Positions 37,901 to 48,599 of a stretch of DNA of 64,000 bases are shown piece after piece. The position numbers were made by a program, and so were the translations under genes. The notes under the pieces were generated by a model. That model searched no databases. It was not told the origin of the DNA and was given only the letters and a program-made list of their open reading frames with translations. Origin of the DNA: Penicillus capitatus (Eukaryota > Plantae > Chlorophyta); contig OZ287698.1 in assembly GCA_965649825.1 (NCBI GenBank), forward strand, positions 1,069,949 to 1,133,948. Reading direction: 5' to 3'. Each line of letters opens with the position of its first letter. The first letter of the stretch is position 1.

Positions 37901-39168
37901 CATACCAGACGGCTGGTTCTCAGTCTCTTCAACAGAGACAAAGGATACGAAGCGGACTGTGAGGTCATTTACGGAGACACCGATTCCGTCATGGTCAATT
38001 TCAATGTCCCCAGCATCGAAAGATCGATGGAGTTGGGCAAGAAGGCGGCTGAGGAGATCACTCGGACCTTCCCTCCGCCAGTGAAACTGGAATTTGAGAA
38101 GGTCTACTGTCCTTACCTTCTCATGACAAAGAAGCGATATGCTGGGTTGCTCTGGACACGACCTGAAAAGTACGACAAGATGGACACAAAGGGCATCGAA
38201 TCGGTGAGACGGGACAATTGCTTGCTGGTACGAAGAGTGGTCACGACCTCTCTGGAGAAACTCCTCATTCAACGAGACATTGAAGGCGCCGTGAAATATG
38301 TCAAGGGGACGATCTCTGATCTGCTGATGAACCGATTGGATCTCAGCGAACTGGTCGTGTCCAAAGTGAGAGATCTCTTGGCGAGTGGGCAAGGCAACCG
38401 TGTGCGTTTAGGGACTGTCGAGAGACGCCGGAGACTACGAGACCAAGATTGCACACGTCGAGCTGGCAAAGAAGATGCAGAAGCGCGATCCGGCTACCGC
38501 ACCAGGTGCGTCTGTCCCTCGCCTGCCCAGGCCGTCGATCGATGCTGCGAAGGGATCGGCGATCGGGTGCCATATGTCATTATCAAGGCTGCCAAGGGCG
38601 CAAAGGCGTACGAGAAGGCAGAGGATCCCATCTTTGCACTGGAACACAACCTGCCGATCGACTTCCAGCACTACGTCGATCACCATCTGTCGCAGCCGAT
38701 CGTTCGGATCTTCGAGCCCATTCTGAAGGAGAGAGTCAAGGAGCTTCTCAACGGAGAGCACACCCGAAGCGTCATTGTCTCGACGCCGTCTGCCGCCTCG
38801 GGAGGCATCATGAGATTCGTCAAGACCCGTCCCAAGTGCTTGGGATGCAAAGCGCCGTTGGACGAAGGGTTCGCCACGCTCTGCAAGCACTGCGAGCCCG
38901 ACATGCCGCGAATCTACGTCGACCATCTCGCCAAGTGGGATCCACCTTGTGCGAGACATCCATCGATCGGCAGCCGTGCCGTTCTAGGGTGAATGACCTG
39001 GAAGACATGTTCGGTCGACTGTGGACACAATGTCAGACCTGTCAGGGCAGTATCATGCAGGAGGTGCTCTGCACCAATCGAGACTGTCCGATCTTCTACA
39101 GGAGAAAGAAGGTGCGCAAGGATCTCAACGACGCCCACAAGAACCTCGTCAAATTCAACGACGCATAA
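28971..39168 (+). CDS. POLD1: DNA polymerase delta catalytic subunit, interrupted in a coding exon by LINE B
   Basis: WGRP...FQQ N-terminus; ExoI DIEC, Exo[10 protein letters not shown], ExoIII LAVYCIKDA; Pol motifs [18 protein letters not shown] and YGDTDS; CysA (CLGC..CKHC) and CysB (CQTC..C..DC). Confidence 0.95.
30545..32326 (+). CDS. LINE B ORF1 (Gag-like, two zinc knuckles)
   Basis: 593-aa ORF with [15 protein letters not shown] and [13 protein letters not shown]; shares a domain with LINE A ORF1. Confidence 0.9.
   Translation: MSTKPPDQTRPGEDSLGRFANNADHSSQYRVYLRARLHYLPFLSNAALANVLEKTCQIDPSTLSRGAQEESVRAYANETHLRLIDEDWQLRLSRAQSEQEKAVILHETTSAPPFQNEEVLKRKTPVEWSDETLESLVMHPTRRQPSMSRPATPPVTKNDLPVKGFPAVLQQISNELEKDDTLKTQLVGLLQNLLSGVQPPKKLLQETLNVLTSSKNSMHGLKLGLDLSIETMKAHGTPCVQSSLPPRARENPRPSYASIARAHVPEPVRAPPRRPTARNELAAMRHAIRDDARSVKLRSVKADGARPPGIIANAIAKLIDVSMPTNKIVEDVRCDSRGTTYVQLFTEGFETRLKTLLNKTDSNQVIDLGDAGYYTMSEPTKCEVAGMAPIVISGVKSSHSPAQIATEIWEMNATRWGLSNERCAQHIAGISRLNRRVRPRDGEDKSPNPTWVPSKSIKMFVSRDLLRAMATPEERYLIRYEYEFLEGRPFNKPLRVCENCGTLAEHDARACRRPPRCNICHGNHRSADCKRNIPFAPNMPSGSVRDTPRSKARSPLLTKTSGERREALVHDTPSDYGRHNTDDMCIDSKPQDE
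32319..36506 (+). CDS. LINE B ORF2 (APE endonuclease, RT, RNase H-like domain, C-terminal Cys/His motif)
   Basis: [29 protein letters not shown]; [22 protein letters not shown]; C-terminal CCH...DHILMQC. The ATG at 32319 overlaps the ORF1 stop. Confidence 0.92.
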   Translation: MNEFQTDTSHCPVPSDLHPLYSSISNPSLHEARSRSRSRSRLTVSSNSTLTLDSLLILQQNVRANKLLTELTLLKHSPDLFLISDPPKCIREGWCPPGFRCVLPHGHCGTGHCCIVIKDYIAYNEVFTSSNRVCALTIKVNSRSIGFVCCYIQHTSAAGLQHVKDTHLSLESQGVSSVIGGDFNSHSSLWGPISTPTCNSGRQVENWLEHSTLSLHNHYPCIETFRNSRNERSWIDLTCTSDRIANWIQNWIVTRCDEDLSDHNLISFRIVTEENVKLSDRIQDWRNCNWDSLSLYLERDLKNEGWLDFEWDKITTGEELDTRILELEDAIRRSTRKLIPMRRKTSMRKHWWNPELTRLHRDLKRKQRRLWKLTSKGRPPDVLESARIDRDEAKKNFQKEANAAKTKSWRIFLENTDKTNMWSNFKRITKQKKRVDLSYVTDLEDQVRSSPLEVANALAEKFIPDIPGTCSPTEAMNDDEPMVASDTLLTDLPIALTDFPEVTESEIVRGVFGNKPYGAVGIDRIPNQLYRIAFPFLKRMLLGIVNCVLRTSHHCHHWKTAAVVAVPKTTQHLNSVKSLRPISLLCALGKIVEKIITDRLAHWAESNMVLSDKQFGFRKQKSCETALANLIDRAESCFDQGQDMLVASLDLSSAFDTINGSKLLSRLRDLEVPPYLLSWLQNYVNDRHCVIKVADQEFSYPVLSACPQGSPLSPLLFNLYVNQVLEQHETPPSNTPRLSPPDAHSSQSGIQAYADDLLVWTTGPLDTENQSNLQSHLDKIHLWTKEAGLMLNPTKCVTIRLSRKRGGRPPLKMLIDGTELVENSVIKYLGLQIDRKLQWREHVKFAVQKANKRLLTLRKISGHRWGIDSTIMAKLVKMGVLPTLYYAAPIWASARANPQTLRSLEVITRQLALIVTGCLKTTAYAPCYALSGLYEPDLEISRRLIVFGRRLHSIERSCIQRTTRSQFRLNTEAKRIARQQVTPDILLSPSQIAWGIAPYESNLWIRPGNSKLPSSPSDGKYYCILKKLPDSLCFAWSWRHACVSQEGSFALPLSLEEDQAEAIGILLSLPRIYAQEAQECRYRSPDCTLQRLILHSKNSGLRKYLLKLQNIPRLAYLLQLWIRNIQLNGIEVSWLRPDEFCDLSAWRRTKIIAKQCNSHLPPQRCEDPSSSEGTLSLEDLLSLAGLCNKKMKKILKDYSNAYMNATLLASDVGLATTDLIRICPDFKFTGNSFPAHGLDRTTGSALNQFLTAHMPANTYLERFQLPSFHKICCHDHWNELDNTTHDFRDHILMQCDDQHIQALRVATFQGVIPPYSRCITWPTAMSNINSLASFAKAILKIPWFYRLKQNNTTWSAETSQSCLSLDPNAAFASCMEHPSTSLGNRSAMNWLLSIS

Positions 39169-39229
39169 ACGTGTCGCGCTTTCACACAAGGAACCCATGC
39201 GCGCGAGTGATGTAAAGAAGCCAGAGACG

Positions 39230-40991
39230 TCAGAGAAGCCATGGCTTGTCCGCCCTTGGCTTTCTCTTGAAGATTTTCGTCACTCTCTTCGACAGCGAAT
39301 TGAATTTTTGGATCGTCTCTTCAAAACGGCGATCCGTTCGAACCTCTGCCAAGTCTGGATCGCTGCGCAATGTCTCGAAGTCTTCAAACTCCAAATCCAG
39401 CAGCGCTTCGAGACATGTCATGGCGCTGTCCATTTCTCCAAGCTTCCCATAGCAGCAGACGATGTTGTACAGCGCCGCGTGTTCTTCACTCTGACTCGGT
39501 CCGCTGAATTCCGTCGCCTGTCCGGCGTAACGAAATCTGCCCTCGCCTGAAAGCCACCTCGTTGACAGCATGGACAGACACGTCCTCTATTCTTACCCGG
39601 CAGTTCAAGAGAGGCGTTGAAAGCATCGAGTGCTTCTGAATAGCGTTGCTCTTGAAATCTCTCCAGGGGCATCATCTTTCAGGAGCTGCATGGCAGTGAC
39701 CGGGGCACCATAGAATCTCCCGTTAAGTTTGGAGCGTACAGAAAGGAGTGTTCCATCCAGAGAGGCGCCAGCATAAACTTTACGGCAGAAACAGAACCCC
39801 GTGGCCCGAGACACTCGTGTCCCTTCTGCGCTGCCCACCTAACACGGCAGTATAGAAGACGTCGTCTCCCGATGCGATGTTATTCCCACCCGTAATGTAA
39901 TGGAGTGCTGGAATCCGGGTCCTACTCCGAGAGAGGCACTTACCCCTCCATTCAACCCAATTTGCGTCTCCCCTGGAATGATAGATGCTTGTCGGATGAA
40001 AGCAGAGAGAGACCTACCTGTGAATGCGTTAATGGATTCGGGTGTGGACAACAGGATGACGGAATCCATCAGTTGCCCTCCGATCTGCAATCCTGCGCCG
40101 AAGCTGGCAGAACTCAGTGAACAGGGTCGACCCCAGTGCCGCTCGCTACCCACCCTCGACAGCACGAGTCCTTTGGAGCAGGACATGCTCTCGGGTATGA
40201 AAGTGCATCTACTGCACGTTACCTGTCCCGAATCGGCAGGAACTCACACCGAATGCCACTTTGAGCTCGGAGAGAACGACAATGCCCTCTGTTGAATTGA
40301 GGAGATCCTCTGGCACCACTCCAGGGACACTGAGCACTAACTGGCAGGACAGAAGTGTGAAAATGTGTACGCTCGCAAGCGTGTCATCACAGAAACATCG
40401 CCACTCAAAATCAATGTGTCAACGCCTTCCGTTCGTTTCGCTTCACTCCAAGGCGATCAATAGTTTCCCCCTAACGGTCTGCAACGCTCGTACACACGCC
40501 GTTGTCGCATCCATGACGTCGCATCTGTCGAAAGGCGAACGACATCCGTCAGGCACTGTCTGGTGGTGCTTTTTGCCCTGGACTCTGGATTGTTGCGATG
40601 CCGGTTATCCGATCGCGCTCTTTGCGTCCATACATCCCAACCCGCACGTACATACACATGTACTCGACGGCAAACCGTTGTTTGTACATCCATGCGGTGA
40701 TAGACACAGTTCTCAACCGTACTGTCTCTTGTCCTCGTTCGGGGTGGTGGTCTCGGTGACGATGGGTTCGTCGCAGTCCAGCATGAACGCGCGTCGCAGC
40801 TTGAGCTCTTTCTTCAGTGGCTGTTCATCGACGGACGAGTTGCTTTTCAAATGGAATGCCCCGCTTGACGAGGCATTTCTAGAAAAGGAAAACTCAGAAG
40901 TCCTCTGTATTAAGGCAGCAGCCAAACTGCGTTTAAGAAACGGCTCCAGCGTGGGATGCGACTGTCTGCGTTGCGCAAAGAGAATGCTCAT
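39230..40991 (-). CDS. SYLF/Ysc84 (DUF500) domain protein, apparently joined to a C-terminal TPR (MET1/TEF30-like) region
   Basis: SYLF segments: VPEDLLNSTEGIVVL..KVAFG, GLVLSR, GAGLQIGGQLMDSVILL, YAGASLDGTLL..NGRFYG. TPR segments: ERFQEQRYSEALDAF, ALYNIVCCYGKLG, LRSDPDL. The frame between them is offset by 1 nt at G4 39666-39669. Start is approximate. Confidence 0.6.
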
Positions 40992-41042
40992 GCATAGGGG
41001 AAGGAAGCGGAAGCGGAGTTCCAGTTCAGTGACGACGGGGCC

Positions 41043-41576
41043 TTGGTGCTGGGCGGATTCGAGGACGTCGACTTGACGCTCGACGGGGAGTTATCGGATC
41101 GCTGTGGCGTTCGTGGCGATCGGATGCCATTGGATCCTGCGAGTTATCGAAAAATACAGCAGGAAGTCGAATCTCTCAAGAGAGAAAACAGCAGGCAATG
41201 GATCACAGATGTCATCATCATGCCTTGCGATGTTTTTGCGATTGGTAGGTTATCTCGAACATTGTGTGAAATGGATGCCCAGGCGGCAGATCTGGTGGCC
41301 CAATGTTCAGCAGCGTTGCAAGACAACAATGCGCAGCTGCGTGCTGCACATCAGTTGGCGTCAGAACTGAGTGGCGTTGTCGAATGCCTGAAGGAAGACG
41401 CGCAGAAAAAAGCAGATCTGATAACGGAACTCAAGGTGGAGAAGGATCTACTGAACGGCCGTTTGGAAGCAGCACTGGACGAGATCTACAGAACAACGGG
41501 AAATTCGACGTGCACTGTGCGAGAGCGGCTGCCTATGATGCCAACATCTCCTCAGTGTCCCGGAGATTTCAGTTAG
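41043..41576 (+). CDS. Hypothetical short coiled-coil protein
   Basis: Heptad-rich C-terminal half (QLRAAHQLASELSGVVECLKEDAQKKADLITELKVEK). Exon structure unresolved. Confidence 0.35.
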   Translation: MVLGGFEDVDLTLDGELSDRCGVRGDRMPLDPASYRKIQQEVESLKRENSRQWITDVIIMPCDVFAIGRLSRTLCEMDAQAADLVAQCSAALQDNNAQLRAAHQLASELSGVVECLKEDAQKKADLITELKVEKDLLNGRLEAALDEIYRTTGNSTCTVRERLPMMPTSPQCPGDFS

Positions 41577-42411
41577 CAGCATCTCTGTCAGATGTTCCAG
41601 CGGCAACAATGTGTTCACCTGCTTTGTCGGAGTTCTCATGAGACAACGCCTTCTCTACTCGAGCGTGTTTTGGAGTCGAGTAGTTTTCTGTGTATACCTA
41701 CCTGGCTAAACGCAAATGATCAGTCAGAAATAAAACTGACATGCGATTGATTCCATGCTGCTTTCGTTGTCATTGTGCTCGGTGGCTGCAGCTCGTGCCT
41801 GATCTTGTCAGTCGACAGTTCCTGTTTGTCGCTGGTTGTCCTTCCTGCTCTAAATCTTCTTTAGTTGTGCTCGCCGCTGTGACTATCTGCCGATCCTTCA
41901 ATCATAGCGCGGCGATGGTGCGATTCACAGACACCTCCGAGCAGAAACACGATCGATGTTGTGTATGTTTACGTCAAGCATGAGGTTTGTTAGGGGTCGA
42001 TGTTGGTGTCGATGTTCTTCTGTTGTTTGTTTCAAATCATTCATTCTTTTGTGCTATGGGAGATATGGCTATGGTGACGCATAGAGGCAATATTATCATC
42101 ATGTCTTTTTCTCCACGGAACCAGCGATGTGGCACAACAATGTCAGGGAGTCCTTGATCCATTCTCTGGAAAAAATAAGATCACCAACACTGTGTAACGT
42201 CTTGGCCAACAACAACGCACCTTGAAATTGTTGATGTCGGATGTAAAGAAAACTGACTGCGTGAGAGTGCGCATGCTGTATGATTCGACGTCTGTAAACA
42301 GCCACGGCAGGCATTGAGGTCGAAGACAGACGTATGCGTCTGTCTGTTACAAGTCGTCTAAGAGGATGATGATGAGATTCGCAGAAGCTCTATTACAGGA
42401 CACGTGTGTCT

Positions 42412-45400
42412 CTATTTGGACATGGAGATGTACGGAGCTTCATCCGTTTGCGATCGAGGACGATCATTGCTGCCGCGTCTGCTTTGTTTTGTGGGAGGAG
42501 GTGTTCCGAAAAGGGCAAGAAGAATGGGCAGAACGACGAGTCCGTGCCAGGCACCCAGCAGCACCAAAGCCATATACATGCGGAAGAAGTAGATGCGGAA
42601 GAGTTTTGTCGTGGCAGAGGCAAGAACGATGACGCCCAGGAACTTTGTCAGCGTAATGCCGCTGATAACAGAGATGCCAACACCCTGAACAGCGGCGGCG
42701 ACACGACCCACACGACTTCCTGGCATTGTCATGAAGGCATGAGCCACATGCGTGCAGAATTCCACGGCAATGCCAACAGACATGGTTAGGTTGACAACGG
42801 ATACGCCGTTGAGCTTCACCTCTGCGAGATAACTCACGCCGACGATGTCCACGACGATCATCACGACGCACAGCATCATGATGATAGCTGCTCGGAAGCT
42901 GCTCAGAAAGACCCAGCAAACGAGGAAGATGGCTCCAACGGCGACGCTGATCATGACGGCAGCGATGGGGATCAGATCCAGGTACTGCTGGAAATAGATA
43001 TGGAAGAGGGAGTAGACATAGATCTCCAGTCCCAGAGACTCCTTCAATGCGTCCGCGAATTCGTGCGTATCCTTGAGTGCTTCGATGTAGTCATTCTGCG
43101 AGACAAGCGTCGAATAGTACGTGCGAAAAGCCGAGGCCCGGATCACTTCGTGGTCCAGGCCCACGATATCGGAGCTGTTGTGCTTCGCGTGCTGGATGTA
43201 GTCTTCGTACGTTCCATGGCCTCCACGCGGACAGATCTCTCCGGGAGTGCTCTCCATGAATCTCGGAAGGTATTCTTGGTAGAGAGGCGTGTCAGATGTG
43301 ATATGCACCGTACAGGGGATGCACGCCGGATCTGTGTCCTCATAGGGACAGTGTTCTGTTGTGTTGCCTCGTCGTCTGCAACAGCTTGGCGACTGGATCC
43401 ACATAAGAAATTCGTCGATCCATGATGTGACCGGAGCTGCCAGATGAGCGACGTGGGCGCGGGCAGCCAAGTCAATCCGAGAAACGAGGGAATCTGGGAG
43501 GCATCCAGCAATGCCGCAGATTTCGTCTGGATGGTCCGAAGCGTTCGACACGTTCATGTTCTCGACCACGAACATGACAGGCGCCCCGGCTCGCATCAAC
43601 GGCAGTCCGTCTGTGTAGAAGTCTTGCAGATAGGAGTCCTGTGGGAAAGCGACCTGTTCCTTCATGCCCATCTCCATTCGCCCCGTCAGCACACAGGAGA
43701 CGGCGAACAGGATCACAGTGAGAGACAGAATGGCACTTCTGATCCACTTGCGATAAGCAGCCAGGAGAAAAGGAACGTAGTTGTCTGAGATGAATCTCTG
43801 AAAGGCATTCTCCGGAATTGGCAGCTGGATCTCTTGAGGAGGCGTTCCTCTTTCCCAGACAATGTACTCCGCCCCGTCCGAGAGTGGATCTTCGTGGACG
43901 CGGAGACAGGGGACACAGTCTGTTCGATTGTTCTCGCGTCGGATGGTGTCAAGAACTAGCAGCGCAGCGAACAGGGTACATTGCAGGACGAAATCCAGTA
44001 GAATGGCGAAGCAGGCAGAGAGCGAGAAATTGCGTACGGCCGGAATGGGTGCAATGGCGGCCAAGCCAAAGGCCAAAGCCTCGGACGCGGCAGCACAGGT
44101 GATGGACGGTCCCACTTCGGCCATTGCACTGCCGAGTCTCAAATAGAGCGGCAGACCTGGATCCTATACGGCAGACACACGGTTCGTGGTGTTGATTCCG
44201 TCCACAGACTGGATTGCCTACCAGGCTACGCAGTTCATTTGCCAGAATGAACATGTTGTCGACGCCCACTGCCAGCACAAGGAAGGGCAGGACTTCCAGG
44301 ACGATCATACTGACTTTAAGTTCGAGCAAACTGACGAGGCCGATCGCTCCCAGCAGTGACAGGATGACAATGCCAATTCCTTCAAGGGCAAGGATGACGT
44401 GACTGCGCACCCAGATGCTATCTGAGACGCCACTGTGCCGCTTGGTGAGGAATGTGAGCGAGCAGGCAATGTAGATGAACATCACGACGTATGAGATGAC
44501 AACCGTCGGAGCGTCCATGTATGTCTCTCTGTCCACTTCGTCCTCGGTCGAGCGTTCGGCACTGTAGGTCAACTGGAGGTGTGCCTCTTTGGCCAAGTCT
44601 GTCAAATACGTCTTGGACGCTTCGAGAAAAGCTTCTTCCCATGCCATCGCTGCGCTGCGTTTCTCCTCGCTGCTGTCCAGCAGGTAGGTCACAACGAATG
44701 CTGTGGAATCATTCACGTAACTATCGAAGGAGTCGTCCATGGGAAATCCGCCCAGGACAAGGTTGGGATCTGGGCAGAGGAGTAAGAAGAGTGAGATGGA
44801 TGATGCTTTCTGTACCCATGGGAGATTCGAAGGCGCTTCTGCAGTCTGTCGTCCAGTGTTGAAAACAGCGATCTGCACCGAAACGCACGCATGCATCTTT
44901 GTCATCGGCCTCCTCACAGGATGCCTGCCACGCAGCGCGATCCATCTGCCAGTACTGCAGAACGCTCTGAATGGCACAGACTTCCAAAGGCTTGTAACAC
45001 ACGTCCTCTAGTCGCACGACGAAGGACTGATTCCCATCCGAATAGCGACCTTAATGAGAACAGACGCATGGACTGGTGGCGACATTGACATCGTCCCCAC
45101 CTTCTATCTGATCCACCAATTCCTGCAGGCGAAACGTCAGGTTCAGGTTGTCGGCCGTCACGATGCTGGGCAGATGGTTGACAGAGGTATGAGGAGAGGG
45201 TGTCGAGGGTGTGGAAGAGATGATGTGATTCTCAACGCGGTAGAATGCACCGAATGCTTCTCTGTATTTTCTCTGTTCTCTTTCTGTTCTTGATCCCTTG
45301 GGAGTCCACAGCGACTGGGGAGAAGTCTCGAGGCGGCAGTTGAGGTTCCCCATGCACACAAGGCCGATCGCGACGAGCGAGACGGCGATGACAGAGTACG

Positions 45401-46620
45401 GCCTCCAGACGATGAAGTGCCCGAGACGTCGAAACCGATCCCTCAGCCAAGACTCCATCGCAGGATAGACCACAGATTCGTCTTCGAGTAGCACAGCACG
45501 GAATTCGTTTCCATCGCTCAGTGGCTCGTAGGAGTTCTCTAACAGCAATCGTGAGACGGCACGTCGGATGAGAGATCGGTTTACGGGAGGTGCCGTCTGG
45601 GAAGTCAATGTCACGCATGGATCGTTCGAATGGACCGTAATAGATGGACCACTGCACAAGGATCAACGCCAAGACGGCGACGACAGCGATGGCTATCTCA
45701 TAGTATCGGATGCCGGAATTCGATTCCTCTTCTTCTTCCTCAAGTGCGTACTGACATCAGACACCGCATCAGCATGGGTGGCATTGGGGGTCACTTCACC
45801 GTTGCGCAGTAGTCTGCTGCGCTGCAGTCAGCACAGGAGCACTCGTATCCAGGAGAGCCGCAGTTGGGCAGCTCTTTGTCGTACACAGTCATGCCGTCGG
45901 GAACCGTTTCTTCTGAAACGAATTTCAGTGTGTAGGGGGCATATCCGCCGTCGTCTGCTGAGGTTCCCAGAAATTCCAAGAGCTCGTCTGCATCGGACGG
46001 GTTGCCCATGAAGCTCAAGAACGGCAGGTTCACTAAGCTATACTTGACCTCCTTGCAAGAATCGAACAGCGTTCTCTTGAACGCATCCGACAAATAAAAA
46101 TGCACCTATCATCTCACACTTGTCACACTTCCTACAAGCCGGCACTGCTCTTACCTCGTCCACGGCCATCCTGTTCAGATCGGTATTCTCATGCGCCGAG
46201 AACACGTCGACGAACATCGACTGGTCCGGAGAGCAGCGGATCGTGCACCAGAGGTTGGCAAAGTTATTCAAACATGCAGGACAGCCGCCGATCAGATTAA
46301 AAGACTGGGCCATCTGCACCACGGTTCCACTCATCATCCATTCCTACCCATCGCCGATCTCTTACCGACTGATAGACATCGTCCAGCCCCTCTTCGTTGC
46401 AGCAGGCTAGACGCTCTTCCGCTATATCGTTCCACAGGTACGGACAGTACTGAGCAAATTTCGCCGCCAGTGATGCGTTTATGTGCTCGGCAGGTTTGTT
46501 CATGGCACAGGGTGTGATCGATCCATCTTTCGTCCCACAGGAACCGAACATGGCACATGTTTTCTCGGCGTGCGTCACTGTCCTCCACGTCCCATTCTGA
46601 CAAAAGACACTGCGACCAAC
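42412..46620 (-). CDS. NPC1: Niemann-Pick C1-like sterol transporter (RND/patched family); start approximate
   Basis: N-terminal CAMFGSCG...CPACLNNFANLWCTIRCSPDQSMF; sterol-sensing domain EVLPFLVLAVGVDNMFIL; GISVISGITLTKFLGVIVLASA..FRIYFFRMY..LGAWHGLVVLP. Confidence 0.93.
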
Positions 46621-46942
46621 AGCAGCTCAGCTGGAGAAATGGAGAACGCGCGAGGCTTACTTGTTCGCACTCAACAGAAGACTGCTCACTAGAACCGCAT
46701 ACTACAGTGCAGGTGTGAGTCCACCGGACGCAAGAAGGAGAGGTACTTACAACGGCTGGCAACGCCCGGAAGCTCCCAGACATTGATTCAATGTAGCAGG
46801 CGTCGGTGAAGAGGCCGACTCTGGTTTTCGAATGGCGCAACCGTCTCTCGTTCGTGTCGTTAAGAAACAGCTCCAATAGAAAACGTGCAGCGGAGAGCTG
46901 CATGCATTTGATTTGACGTCTAGTCTTACAGTCAACGTCCTG

Positions 46943-48466
46943 TCATTTCTGCCGAATGACGGCGTTGATTTTGCCCATGATGTTGATCCGTCGATGGTCG
47001 AACAGAGGAGAGATGCCTTGCTCGACGAGGAGCTTCAGGTCTTGTATCTGACGTGACAGGTGCTCTAACTGAAGAGCCACTTGGCGGAGTTCCGTCTGGA
47101 CCGTCGATCTTTCCTGCTCTGCCTGACTGGCAAGCTTCTTCCATTCGATCTCCCGATGGGACTTCTTGTGGAGGTCTGATAGCAACCGATCGGCATAGCT
47201 CTTGGAGGTCTTGAGCATAAGGTAGCGTTCTGTCGTTTCGCCTGTGAATATGTCCAGGAGAGAGCGGAGATGCGTGAGATGCTGTTGCGTTTCTGACGGA
47301 TCGTACCGTCGCAGCACTTCGCTCAGTGTCAGAGAAACGGCATCGGATGCATCGGACAGCGAACGGACGGTAAGGAAGGACTGAAGCTCGTAGAGATCAT
47401 CCAACAGAGCGTGTCGAAATGCCGGGTCCCATACGAAGCACAGCACAGATGCAGGAACAGCTGCATGGGTCACATCATCCTTTACATTCTTATCCGCCTC
47501 CCCGCCCATCGGCCGCGTCATTGGACCTGTGGATGGTGCATCGGCCTCGGCAACGGGTTCCATTTCGATGTCCCAGTTGATGCCTCCGTCTTCCTCCCAC
47601 TCCATCTCCACTGACAGTCCCGTGTCCCCTTCCAATGTTTCCAGCGCCACGTCCCAGTTGATTTCAACCTCTGCTCCGCCAGAGGCCTCTCCAGCGGTCT
47701 CTTTCGTGGAGGAGGGCGTCGGCATCGAAACGTGGATGTCTTTGATGCGATCGGGAGGAGGTGGCTCAAGTCGCTGATCCAGGATCTGCTGGACAATCGG
47801 CAAGGACGCCGTTCCCGTTTCGTGCAGCTCCTGACTCGTGGACCGGTAGAAAGCCATAGACGTCTGTATCGATTCCGTCGCCAGAGCATCGAATCCTTTC
47901 TGCAGGAGGTCGTAGATTCGGTTGGCGATGCCTGAGAACTCGGCTGTCCAATTCGCGCCTCCGATCCCCAATGCCTCGCATTCCTTTGCAAAGGCGGCGG
48001 CGGACGATGCCGCACGATGTTCGCAGTCGGATTTCTGCCGGGTCAGTTCCATGGCTCTCTTGTCCAGGGTATCCATTCTCTTCTTCAGGAACGGCACTTC
48101 GTAGTCGACATTCCTCAGGATGCGCTGTCCGGCATCTCCGAGGTACAAGTTGCCCTTTTCGTAGCTCTTGACGATTTTGTCCCACGTGGCAGCTTCGCCC
48201 GACAATCCACCGAAGTACCCACGCTCTGCTGTTTCCGCCAAGGCGTCGCGAATACGTTTAGCTGTGGAGTAGTCCACGACGCCGTCTTCGCACGTCTCGA
48301 ACTGCGCTGCGAATCCAACGGGCAAAGTCGCGAATGCCTTGGCGCTGCGAGACTGGACTTCTCTCAGGCGCTTGATCCAATCCGTCGCCAGCTTGCGTCG
48401 ATTGGCCAGCCAACTGCTGATCTCGTTATACGAGATATCTAGCGGAAAAGCCTCCGTCTCCGTCAT
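46943..48466 (-). CDS. CDK5RAP3: CDK5 regulatory subunit-associated protein 3 (C53, UFMylation adaptor), single exon
   Basis: PLDISYNEISSWLANRR, W..IVKSYEKGNLYLGDAG..L.RNVDYEVP, repeated EINW/INWDI motifs, C-terminal RRINIMG. Confidence 0.9.
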   Translation of the reverse strand: MTETEAFPLDISYNEISSWLANRRKLATDWIKRLREVQSRSAKAFATLPVGFAAQFETCEDGVVDYSTAKRIRDALAETAERGYFGGLSGEAATWDKIVKSYEKGNLYLGDAGQRILRNVDYEVPFLKKRMDTLDKRAMELTRQKSDCEHRAASSAAAFAKECEALGIGGANWTAEFSGIANRIYDLLQKGFDALATESIQTSMAFYRSTSQELHETGTASLPIVQQILDQRLEPPPPDRIKDIHVSMPTPSSTKETAGEASGGAEVEINWDVALETLEGDTGLSVEMEWEEDGGINWDIEMEPVAEADAPSTGPMTRPMGGEADKNVKDDVTHAAVPASVLCFVWDPAFRHALLDDLYELQSFLTVRSLSDASDAVSLTLSEVLRRYDPSETQQHLTHLRSLLDIFTGETTERYLMLKTSKSYADRLLSDLHKKSHREIEWKKLASQAEQERSTVQTELRQVALQLEHLSRQIQDLKLLVEQGISPLFDHRRINIMGKINAVIRQK

Positions 48467-48599
48467 GATAGTCAAGCAAAGGTGCCGTACATGAAACGTG
48501 ACGAAATAGTTGGCACCAGAGACGCGTTCTTTACATGTTGTCTTCCCATACCATTCGCAATGTCCGAGTGGAATACTACCTCCATGTTCGGAACGAGTT

